A DNA stretch of 64,000 bases from Cetorhinus maximus (Eukaryota). The stretch covers positions 82,646,001-82,710,000 of the forward strand of contig NC_135893.1 of the NCBI RefSeq assembly GCF_964194155.1, read 5' to 3'. A program made the position numbers and the translations under genes. Under the pieces are notes generated by a model. It made no database searches, had not been told where the DNA came from, and was given only the letters and a program-made list of their open reading frames with translations. Below, in pieces: positions 1-11,260 of this stretch; the first letter of the stretch is position 1; the number at the start of each line of letters is the position of its first letter.

Positions 1-3000
1 TTGTCCGAGGAGTTCTCAGCCTCCTCCATGTCTCCCTCTGGCAAGGGATTCCTCCATTTGAAAAGCCAGGTTGCGAAGGGTGCAACACACCACGATGATG
101 CAGGACACCCTCTGTGGAGAGTACTGAACAGACCCACTTGAGTAGTCAAAGCATTGGAAGTACGCTTTCAGGATGCCGATGGTTTATTCAATGATGGATC
201 TTGTTGCACCTTATTGTATCTCTCTTCCGAATGACTCAGAGGACAATGCACGAGTGTTATAAGCCATCGTTTGATCGGATACTCCTTATCCCCAAGCAGC
301 CAGTCCTGTATTCACTGAGGCTCTTCGAATATGTGAGGCACCTGGGACTGACTGAGGATGTATGAGTCACGGCAACTCCCAGGCACAAACGTGCATGATG
401 TGATTCTGACAACCACACACCAGTTGAACATTCAGGGAGCGAACCTTTTCCTGTTAATGACCATCAGGGGCTGTTGCTAAAAAGTTCTCAATGCCACATG
501 TGTGCAATCAATTGCACCTTGTACTCGAGGGAAGCCTGAGATTTATGCAAACCCCCTGAAATCTAGCAGCCTGGCTAGCTTCACAGAGTGTCACATAATG
601 GATGAGCCTTTTGGTAGAGGGCATCTGTCACCTCCTTGATACAGTTATCTGCTGTGGATCTCTGGAATGATCTGCATGCAGAAAAATTGAGTGCAGCGGT
701 GACCTTCAGTGCCACTGGCAGAGGATGTCCTCCCAGTCCACGGGATGTTGGATCCTCCTGCAGAATGGGGCAGATATAATCCGCCAGGCTCTTTTGACAA
801 GTGCAGACTGGCACAGCATTGTCTATCACTCATCTCCAGATAAGAGTCTTCTGCAGTAGACCCTTGGCCATGCGAGACGCCTTCTCAGGATGGGTCTAAC
901 CTCCTCATCCTCTGGTTGTTGCTGAGGCTCCCCTGGACTATGGACCTTAGGCCAGGCCTCCTCTCAAAGCTGAGCTAGGTGGCACCGGGCCCTTCTCCTC
1001 AGTTGGATCATAGCCATCAATATGGCAGCATTGACCACAGGCTCTATTGTTCAATCCTCCTCCTCCCTAGGAATGATAGACCCAAAAGATCAATGAACAC
1101 AGGGCAGATATAGTAGACCTCCCACTCGCACACAGAAAGACAATGTAATGCCCCACAGCTACATCTGCACTAATAGGCTGCATCAGCAAAAAACTATCTA
1201 GCCTATATCTAGGTGCCCACGATGCCAACTCTGATACTTTACATCTTACATCTCAATCTCAGAACTTGAGAGCACTTTGGTAAGGCCATACATTTCATGA
1301 TGTCTCCAAAGGAACTCCTGCAATTTATTATCTTGTGAGATCAACCTAAACTTGCATTTCAGCAATGACTAGACACCCTTAGGCCCATGATCTATGCCAA
1401 CTGGTTGATGCTCAAATGGAGCAACTGCATTGCAAAGCCAGTGACTCCTGCAGTCTCTCTTTAAAGCACTAAAAATGGCAATGGCTCCAATGGAACCTTC
1501 TCAAGAAGATTTTTCACTTTTATCTCAGCTCTGACTTCATTTCAAAGTTCTGAGTGCAAGCAGGTAGAGGCTGCCCCATGAAATAGGGCCCCTAGTGCAG
1601 TCCTGGGCTCCTCTCACACTGATTCCGACCCTGCACGTCCAGCTTCTTTCCTAGTTTTGATGTCTGACTGCACCACAATTTCAATTGGACAAGATGGTGG
1701 TGCTCAGATTCTACTGCGAGACCAGCTTCAATTCTCCCTCCATGACTGTTACTGACCTCCAAGCTTCCTGGAACCCCACGGTGTGTAGGTAGAGATGCTT
1801 CCCATTATTCTCCAGCCTCCCCAATAATCCTGGATCCCACAGTCATTGTGATCAATATTCCAACCCTCCCACCTGAACCCATAACTGTGGATGTCCTAAT
1901 GCCCACTGTGGACCTCACCCCTCCCTGTCTCGAGGTTGGGTACATGGTCAGAGGACAACCCCCTCACCCCAAAAGTTTCGAATACCCCCACTCTATTTAG
2001 TTTTCCCCCTTTACAGGCTGCAGATGCCTCCCCTAAACCTGACCATCCCATCTGCAGCCCAGTACCAAGACAGACAAGACCAGACCATGGCCAGCGACAT
2101 CAAGATCATGTCCACACCCTGCACATCAAGCAGCACCTTATCCCAAATGAGCACACAGCCACTGCCCCTCCCTGGAGCAGGGCTACATCATGTGTGCCAT
2201 GCATAGCCTGGCAGCATGGCCTGCAAAGCACCAGGACTAACTTCACTCTCGCACCTTGACTACTTGGCCCCAGACCAGGGACTATGACTGTCTTTCTCTT
2301 TGCTCTCCCGTTCCTTCCTCACTGTTGATGACAGTGTCCCTCCTCTCCCCTACTCCCCTTTCCATGTTTTCTGTGCAACTTGTCCCTCATGTGCAATCCT
2401 TTCCTCTCCCCCACCTCGAGTTTTTGTACAAGCCTTATCCTCTTGTGCCAAAGTAACACAACCCCCCTCATTTTTCTGAGTCGACATGCTTCCCCTCCAT
2501 TTTGTGTACTTCTGTTCCCATTCCACCCCCTACTGTGTCTGCGATCCAGTCTTTCCTATTGGGCTCCGGCTTCCTCTCCCTCAGTCTCCCCTAAGTATGA
2601 CATCATTTCCCACTACCGCCGCACCCCTCCCTCAAATCCCCTGAACCCACCTTTGCCCATTGTGCCTTGTGTATCTTTCCTCCTCCCCAACCCCCCTGCC
2701 CCCAGCAATACTGGTCACATGGCTGGTTTCTGTCTGGGTTGCTGCCTGCCTGCATACCCAGATAACACCACCCCCGGACAACGGAGGAAGGCAGTGAGGA
2801 AAGAAAGCCGACACCTGAAGTGTAGCGTCTCACTGGCTTTGGTCAGAACCTGGAGCAGGTAGGCTTTGAGTATTGCACTCACCTCGAAGTCAGGAGCGAA
2901 GTGAGGGCTGACAGCTGCACGCTTATTTCCAAACATGTTTCAGGCCAATCTAATTTACCCGCTGAGCTAGGTTGGGAGGGACTACGTGATTCCGGCGAGT

Positions 3001-3220
3001 AGCATTTTTAAAGAGCATTCATGATATGGTAATGCATGCAAATGGAGTTCCCGCCATGGATCAGTGGGAAACCTGATCCGCCATCTGCCCACCATGCAAA
3101 GCGAGGGGAAAATTCCACTGTTTTGCTGCCAGCAGGTTTCTGATTTTTTGGCCTCTCCACAAATTTTCTGGCTCCATCAACCTCAGAACCTGCCGCAGGC
3201 TGGAGGGAAAAATTCCACCC
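1..3220 (-). mobile_element. Degraded PIF/Harbinger DNA transposon (left end outside window); transposase remnant at ~1-1020 on minus strand
   Basis: Minus-strand ORF fragment 581-829 (GGHPLPVALKVTAALNF...IKEVTDALYQKA) resembles the HARBI1-type transposase at 41.1-42.3 kb. Terminal sequence gggaaaaattccaccc (3205-3220) matches the TIR of the 38446-43427 element. Confidence 0.75.
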
Positions 3221-3585
3221 TCAGACTTCGAACCTTATGGTACACTTTGGTTTTCATCAAATTCCAAAAGCACACTGACCACCAATCCTCACACCATCAG
3301 CCTCTTTGCTCGGACAACACAACCTGCCACCCACACCAAGTTCTAACACAAAAGTATGCTGTCAGCCTCCTCCCAATATGGCAAAGGCCATTTCCATCTG
3401 CACAGCAATGGGCATTAAAGGGCCTGAGATAACTCCCATGGTGACTCAGCAAGTTTACCCAATGGCTAGCTGAACAATAACATCCTGTAACAGACAGTCT
3501 CAGATTCAATTCCCGATCTGTGCAGAATGAGCTGATCTCAAATCAGCCAGTAAGGATTCTCAATGCCCAAGGTTTAGGACGTGGA

Positions 3586-3675
3586 TGAGAGAAGGAGAAC
3601 AGGAGGAGTTGACATACTTCAGTTTGCCAGTGAGAGAAGGAAAACAGGAGGAGTTGACATACTTCAGTTTGCCAG
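3586..3675. repeat. Tandem duplication of a 45-bp unit (2 copies, 1 mismatch)
   Basis: tgagagaagg(a/g)...ttcagtttgccag at 3586-3630 and 3631-3675. Confidence 0.9.
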
Positions 3676-3994
3676 TCAGCAGGCAGTAATGAAGCATATG
3701 TGTAGATATTACTGGAGGCCCGGCAGGCTTAGTGCAACATATCTCTCCCTCCCTCTTTGCTCCTCAGTGAACTGCTGCTGTCACTCAATATCAAGGACTG
3801 TCCCTGAAAATGAGTCATCTGGATGTGGCACTGTCTAATAGCAGCTTACTCTAGCAAAATATCAAATGGCTTTGGGAAAAGAGGAAAAGGAAAAAGTCTA
3901 TATTGGATTTTATTTTTTTTAAGAAGAAGGGGTTGCTAGGCTAAGAATTCAATCTGTCAACTGGATTCACGAGAATGGCTCCAGCAATGAGGAA

Positions 3995-4450
3995 CTTCAG
4001 CTATGAAGACAGATTGAATAAGCTGGGACTCTCTTCCTTGGAGAAAAGACAGCTGAGAGGAAGTATTCAAAATCACCAGGGGTCTGGACAGAGTAAATAG
4101 GGAGAAACTTCCCACTCATGAAAGGATCGAGAATGAGAAGGCACAGATTTAAATTAATTGGCAAAAGAAGCAAAAGCAATAGCAATGTAAGGAAAAACTT
4201 TTTCACACAGCCAGTGTTTAAAGTCTGGAATGCACTGCCTGAGAATGTGGAGGAGGCAGATTCAATCAAAACAGCTTAATTCTGTTAATTCTATGTCGTT
4301 AATTCTCTTTTGAATGCTATCTGAAAATGAAGAACGTGCAGGGTTATGGGGAGAAGGTGAGAGAATGGCACTATCAGAATTGTTCATTCGGAGAGCCCGT
4401 ACAGACACAATGGGCCGAATGGCGTCCTACGCTGTAACAATTCTGTGATT
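3995..4450 (+). mobile_element. CR1-type LINE 3' fragment
   Basis: SYEDRLNKLGLSSLEK-like ORF2 C-terminus; 3' tail tgggccgaatggc...ctgtaacaattctgtgatt similar to the tail at ~53330-53380. Confidence 0.8.
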
Positions 4451-4940
4451 TAAAAAGATGGGTGATAGTGAGCACAGTGCAACCTGATATTCAGAGGTAG
4501 ATTTCAGGAAGTGGGGGGCTTATTTTGAAGGGTGGAGACATGAGTTTCTTCAAAACAGGACCAGTCAAACTAGTCTGAACACTTCACGCTGGGTTGTTTC
4601 AGAATTGCAGCAAAAAAAAAAAACAGCAGTGCAAATAAATGGAAACCCCACAAAGTATCTGAACAAGAGAGTCCTCTCAAGGCTTTATTTTTAAACAAAG
4701 ATGGTCAACAAGCACAATCCATTTGCACATTCATGAACCTGTTTACAGAAACACGTTCCCAGCCTTGTAGAGTGCAAAATAACAGCATAAGTAGCATCAT
4801 ATAAACAAACCAATGTCATGGGGTTCCATGCAAACTGCACACTTCCTGACAACTCGGCTCTTCTTGGGCAAGTCGCCAGCACAACCCTCCTCTTGCACCA
4901 ACAAACCGCTCCCCCCAAACTCCCATAACCATTCAAGGAT

Positions 4941-5408
4941 ATAAAAACAAAAAACTATTGCGGATGCTGGAAATCCAAAACAAAAACAGAATTACCTGGA
5001 AAAACTCAGCAGGTCTGGCAGCATCGGTGGAGAAGAAAAGAGTCGACGCTTCGAGTCCACATGACCCTTCAACAGAACTGAGTGCAGTTAGGAGAGGGGT
5101 GAAATATAAGCTGGTTTAAGGTGGGGGGGGGGGGGGGAGAGAAGTTGAGGGTGAGGTGGTTGTAGGGACAAGCAAGCAGTGATAGGAGCAGATAATCAAA
5201 AGATGTCACATACAAAAGGATCAAAGAGGTGTTGAAGGTGGTGATATTATCTAAGAAAAGTGCTAATTAAGAATGGATGGCAGGACACTCAAGGTACAGC
5301 TCTAGTGGGGGTGGGGTGGAAAGACTGACAAGGTATTTCCCACCTATTTCCATTATTTTAAAATCTACAACTAATACCTTGTCAGTCTTTCCACCCCACC
5401 CCCACTAG
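4941..5408 (-). mobile_element. Penelope pLTR-derived repeat with a short terminal inversion
   Basis: Same sequence family as 6002-6576, 24216-24892 and the Penelope termini at 50845 and 56057. Inverted repeat 5302-5338 / 5373-5408. Confidence 0.75.
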
Positions 5409-6001
5409 ATCTCACCCAGTTCTGGTGACTAAAAGTGCAGCCAGCCAATCTTTCTAATACCACCTCTATCAATTTTTAGCCCATCCTCAACCACCTCCTC
5501 TTTCAAAGACATTGGTAGCATCTTTTTCCTTGATAAACACACAATTTAGTACCTCAGCCATGCCTCTTCTTCCATGCATAAATCCCCTTTTTTATCCTTA
5601 ACTGGCCCCACCCTCTCAAGCATATAGAAAACATTTGGTTTCTTTTATATTGACTACCAGTCTCTTCTCATACTCTCTCTTTTCTGATTTTAATGTTTTT
5701 TTACCTCCCCTCTGAACTTTCTATATTCAATCTGGTTTTCAGTTGTATTATTAACCCAATAGCTGTCATACACGACTTGTACTGCTTATTTTCGTCATCC
5801 AGGCCCTGGATTTGTTTGTCTTACCTTTCCCACTGAAATTGACCCTCCCCCATTAATATTTATAATCTGGATTGCTCTTTATCCTTTTCCATAAGTAACC
5901 TAAGTATTATGAAACTATGATTACTGCCACTTAAACATTCCCCTACTGACACCTGATCCACCTCATTCCCTAGAACCAGATCCAGCAATGCCTCCTTCCT
6001 G

Positions 6002-6576
6002 ATAAAAACAAAAAGCTAAAAGCTACTGCGGATGCTGGAAATCCAAAACAAAAACAGAACTACCTGGAAAAACTCAGCAGGTCTGGCAGCATCGGTGGAG
6101 AAGAAATCAGTCAACGTTTCGAGTCTTCACGACCCTTCGGCAGAACTGAAGCATAGTTAGGAGAAAGGTGAAATATAAGCTGGTTTAAGGTGGGGGGGTG
6201 GGGGGGCGGGGGGAGAGAGAAGTTGAGGGTGTGGTGATTGTGGAGATAAGCAAGCAGTGATAGGAGCAGATAATCAAAATATGTCACAGACAAAAGGATC
6301 AAAGAGGTGTTGAAACTCAACACCTCTTTGATCCTTTTGTCTGTGACATCTTTTGATTATCTGCTCCTATCACTGCTTGCTTATCTCCACAATCACCACA
6401 CCCTCAACTTCTCTCTCCCCCCGCCCCCCCCACCTTAAACCAGCTTATATTTCACCTTTCTCCTAACTATGCTTCAGTTCTGCCGAAGGGTCGTGAAGAC
6501 TCGAAACGTTGACTGATTTCTTCTCCACCGATGCTGCCAGACCTGCTGAGTTTTTCCAGGTAGTTCTGTTTTTGTT
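6002..6576. mobile_element. Fold-back (palindromic) Penelope pLTR-derived insertion with 14-bp TSD
   Basis: TSD atgcctccttcctg at 5988-6001 and 6577-6590; left and right halves are near-perfect reverse complements. Confidence 0.9.
6474..6516 (+). ncRNA. Minimal hammerhead-ribozyme-like motif with variant core CUGCCGA
   Basis: tcagtt-CTGCCGA-a-gggtc gtgaa gactc-GAAA-cg-tt-gactga gives stem I, core, stem II, GAAA and palindromic ACGT stem III. Mirror copy on minus strand at ~6106-6148. Confidence 0.5.
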
Positions 6577-7691
6577 ATGCCTCCTTCCTGGTTGGACTGG
6601 AAACATGTAGAAAATTCTCGAACACTTTGGCAACTCTTCCACCTCAGCTCTTTACACTATAATTACCCCAATATACTCTGGGATAGTAAAAGCCTCCCCA
6701 TTATAACTTCTAAATTCATTTTGCCTCTCTAATCTCCTTGCAAAATTTGTTCCCACGTCTTTTCCACCAGTTGAAGGCCTATAGAATTCACCCTGTAGTG
6801 TGTTGGTACAGTTATTACTCAAACGTTGAAATTATTCAAATTGCACAACCCTTTACTGTGTAAAAATAAACCATGAGGGTTCAGAGTCATGATGCTCTGA
6901 CAGAATTGAGAATATGCTCACAGATACGCATGGTTGTGTGGACAATTAATGAATGGCCGATCTCAGTCACCAAAGCTGCCTCATTCACTTCCTTGCGGTG
7001 GAGTTCAAACAAATGTTGGCTGCGTTTGGAAACGGGTCACACCATCCTCAACACATGAAGATTCCAATTGGGAAAATCTTCATTTTAAAAAAAAAATAAC
7101 TGGCCTTGTCATATAGTAGGTACCCACTCATCAGTTCTGAAATTACCTCACCACACCATCCCCCAGCATAATTTCAGACACTGTGACATGAATTCTTCAT
7201 TGCCATATATAAAGACAATTTTTAATGAAAGGCAAATGCTGCAGAAAGAGCTGGCTGCTTCCAACTGCACTGCTTTGGCTAATCAGTGAGAGCCACTATG
7301 CCGTCAGTGCCTAAAGAGGTAATGGATGGGCTTTAAATTAAGCTGATACTATTCAGAGTGGAATAATCCTATGATTAGTTATGGAGATGAGCTGATACTG
7401 TAATACTGTACCAACAAGCATATCAGCTCTCAAGCACTGCAGGCTTTATGCAGCAATCAGTTCACTGTGGGTGGACTTGCAGTGAATTTCTACAACACTG
7501 TACTGAGTTACACAATGTCATTTCGAAGCTTTAAATATGCCCTCTCTGAACACTAACTACACTGCAAGTTGACCATACTTGGTATAGTGTACAGTAAAGA
7601 GAATCTAGTAACCAACCTGTATTTTCCGCTCTAACTGGAGCTACAGCAGTCTATTCCATTGTACTTATACTGCACACTGGTCAAGCGATCA

Positions 7692-9634
7692 CTGGGACAA
7701 TAGGGGAGGCACTAGCTTACTACCGACTGAAACATCTCTATTTTGGCACCAACTAGTGCAAGTTCTGAACAGATCAGTTTATATTTCATCACACATATCA
7801 GACTGCTGTAAACCTGACTAATAAGCTTTTATTTACAACCTTATCAAAATATCTCAAAAGTACTTAATGCAAATTCTTTGTTGAACTGCATTAACTTGTG
7901 TATGCCACATGTCCCCAAACTCCTATGCCCTTAATGGCATTGGATATCTGCATAATACTCTGCCCTTCCCCTACATAGGGTAGGGGATCTGGCAGCCCCC
8001 AGCCTTACTAGCAGCACATTCATTGTGCTTTACTCAATTCATCAGCACCGACCCATTTCCAACCATTTATTCCCAAAGTAACAGAATCTTCATTCATCAT
8101 CAGTCTACATGATCTATAAATAATGAAATTATAAATAGACAAAAGAGACAAAAGGCAGTCCTTTTCGTGCCGTTTCCCCACTTGACCTAGGGTACAAATT
8201 TACATAAGCTTTTCATCTCCAAACTTTCCAAACCCCCTTGAACATATGACTTAACACATTACCACAGTTACCCTGCCTTCCCTTCCCATTCCCCTACCTA
8301 CATACTGTACTTTTTATGACTGTGATATGACAACAGCAACAGCTTTGTCACTTGGGCCTTGTTACTAACCCTTGCAGAGAATAGACTGATTACTAGAGGG
8401 CACTCTCACAGTGAGTGTCTGGTTTACTGGAGGGCCCCATTAGGTATCTGGTTCCAAACGTTTCTATTGTTGTCGTACAGCAGCACTGTAGATTTTGATC
8501 CTTTTCTTTTGGAGAAGCTGAGTTTAGGGAGACTTTTTTCTTCAATTGCCTCCTGTAATTTAAGCCACCGGCTTTCCAGGAGAGGTCATCTGCATCCTTT
8601 GTTTATTTTAATGGAAACTATAACTTTGGTCCCAACTGGAGCTTGACCAGCATGAGGAAAACATCACTTGCTAGCAACCAGCAAGCTCTAAAACAACTGA
8701 ACATCACCACTGTTGCAACATCAGCTCTCACCAAAGCCCTAGTGATTTTGGGCCAATGCAGCAGTGAGGGTTGGAATAAAGCCACATTGGCTAGTGCAGG
8801 ATAGCTGCCCCCAGAGCCCTTCCAGCACTCCAGCATACAATAACCAAGCATTTCATTCTAAACTTTTCAGGTGCCTTTTTTAAATACTTGCTGTATCAAA
8901 TACTGTAGCTCCAAAACTTACAACCAATATACAGCATTTTAGAATTAAGGTAGCAAAAAAGCAAAATGCAATAAAAGCTCTGTTGCTCAAGCTTGCAGTC
9001 AAGGAATTTCAGACAGTAACTAGCCCCGCCACCAAAATCTAACATTTTCACATCTACCACAATGACAGCAGCTCCATTTCTGTGTTAACTAGTCTTCTGA
9101 AATGATGTCACAAGTCCAAGACCATGACAACAGCCATTCAACTCACGGCGTCAGTGTATCTGCTCAGTGAGATAAATATTTATATATTCAGGAGTTAAAG
9201 CTTTTCAGTAGATTTATGAATTAGCCTTCTTGGGATCAAATTTGGGAATTCAACAGTTTTAGATGAAAAACATTTTTGGATCAGTGCTGATGAATTGAGT
9301 GAAACACGTTGGTTTGTGATGCTAATATAACTGGGGAGTGCCAGATCCCCTCCCCCACTGGTCCATGCAGAGGAAAGGACAGAGCGTTGTGCAGATACCC
9401 AATCCAATTAAGAGCATAGGATTTTTGGGATATGTGCAGTTCAAAAAGAAATTTGCATGAAGTGCTTTTGAGATATTTTGACAAGGTTATAAATAAAAGC
9501 TTATTAGTCAGGTTTACAGCAGTCTGATATAAGTGATGAAATGTAAACTGACCTGTTCATATCTTATAATAGTTGGAGCCAAAATAGAGATGTAACAAGT
9601 CAGTAACAAGCTAGTATCTGCCCTATTGGACCAG
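7692..9634. repeat. Pair of ~360-bp diverged inverted repeats (~7692-8055 and ~9278-9634) around a ~1.2-kb spacer
   Basis: For example atcagactgctgtaaacctgactaataagcttttattt at ~7797 is the reverse complement of aaataaaagcttattagtcaggtttacagcagtctgat at ~9491; similarity continues across both arms. Confidence 0.85.
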
Positions 9635-10359
9635 ATTGAAGAATTACTTCAACAGTTTAATATATTCAAAAAACAAATTTTGGGCCAGTGCTTCCACCAG
9701 CCTGGATCACTTGATGTGCAGCCTTTGAAAAGGTGTAAGTAACCCTGCTTTCCCTTTCAGAGTATCTGAATGATGTACTCCAAACTTGGGCTATCTTTCA
9801 GTGGGCCTCCTTTTATGGAACACTTAGGCTCTATCTTCATTATCAGGTGAACTCAGCAAACTGAAGTATCTCCTTTGATCCATAGCCCATTTATCTTGGG
9901 ACCAACAGGACACCAAAATCAGAAGTGGAACACTGGTACAATTATTTTTCTGATCCGGCTCTCACAGTCGCTATCAACTCTCAGCATGAAGATATCCTGC
10001 ACCGAAGACTGTACTTAACATCCCTTCCGTGACTAAAGAATCTCTACCACAAAGGCTTTTATAGCCTATTCTGAGAACTAAAAACTGTACAACTTACCAG
10101 AGTCAGGCATTCAGTATTTTTGGCTATGGGTGGGGCAAGCTTGGAGGAAGCCACTTCCTCCTCATATTCCAAATTCCTACATGCTTACAAAAGATACAAG
10201 TACATATTGTATCCAAGATAAATTCTCAAAGTTTCTCAGTTGAGATTATTAAATGCCAAAACATTGTTATACAATATCATTTGAAAAAGAAATGAGTCCT
10301 TCAACGTGTTGCCTCCCAAATATGTTCATATTCCCATTCCCTATAACTCCATGCCTGAA

Positions 10360-11260
10360 CATTTTTAATCAGGTTTCTATCCTTGCCATGGTACAAACCG
10401 CCCTAATCAAAGTCAATAATGACCTCCTCTGCGAGTTTGACCGTGATGTTCCGTTCTTCATTCTTTTCAACCTGTCAATAGTCTTTGACATGGGCATTAC
10501 CTCAGACTGAGCCAGGCTGTTTTTAACCTTGGTGTCCTATTTGACACCAAAACTAGCTTCCGACTGCACTAACAACATCCTGGGGGTTACCATTGACCAA
10601 AAACTGAACTGGACTAGCCATATAAATACTGTGGCTGCAGGAGCAGGTCAGAGGCTAGGAATCCTGTGGTGAGCAACTCACCCCCTGACCTCTCAAAGCT
10701 TGTCCACCATCAACATGGCACAAGTCAGAAGTCCACCTGCCTGTATGAGTGCAGATCCAACAACACCCAAGAAGCTCAACACCATCCAGGACAAAGCAGG
10801 CTGCTTGATTAGCAACCCACCAACAAACATTCACTCCCTCCACCACCGATGTAGTGGCAGCAGTGTGCACCATCTACAATATGCACTGAAGGAACTCACT
10901 AACTCCTCGGACAGCACCTTCCAAACCCATGACCGCTATCATTTAGAAGGACATGGGCAGTAGATACATGGGAACACCACCACCTGGAGGTTCCCCTCCA
11001 AGCCATACACCATCCTGATTTGGAAATATATCGCCATTCCTGGTTGGCCTCCCATCTTCTACCACACCAACTTGAGCTCATCCAAGACTCTTGGTGCCCA
11101 TATCTTAACTCTCATTAAATTGCATTCTGTTCACCCAACATCCCTGTGCTCATATTCTCTCCATATCCACCAACGCCTTGATCTTAAAATTATCACCCAT
11201 TTTCAAAATCTACCAAGGCCTTGGCCCTACCTTTGTAACCTTCTCCAACCCTCATCATCA
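10360..11260 (+). mobile_element. LINE fragments: L2-like RT pieces around a CR1/L2-group 3' fragment at ~10570-11040
   Basis: TALIKVNNDLL is an L2-like RT motif; 10570-11040 matches the LINE family at 47310-48600 and 63250-64000. Confidence 0.65.

Larger units (their letters stand above)
5410..6800 (-). mobile_element. Old CR1 LINE fragment (endonuclease region), split by the insertion at 6002-6576
   Basis: Across the junction the minus strand reads like SSPTRKEALLDLVLGNEVDQV, a CR1 endonuclease motif. Confidence 0.6.

Noticed and set aside
7390-7429. Small hairpin gagctgata...tatcagctc as a miRNA or snoRNA
   Set aside because: Only a 9-bp stem with a large loop and no box motifs; insufficient evidence
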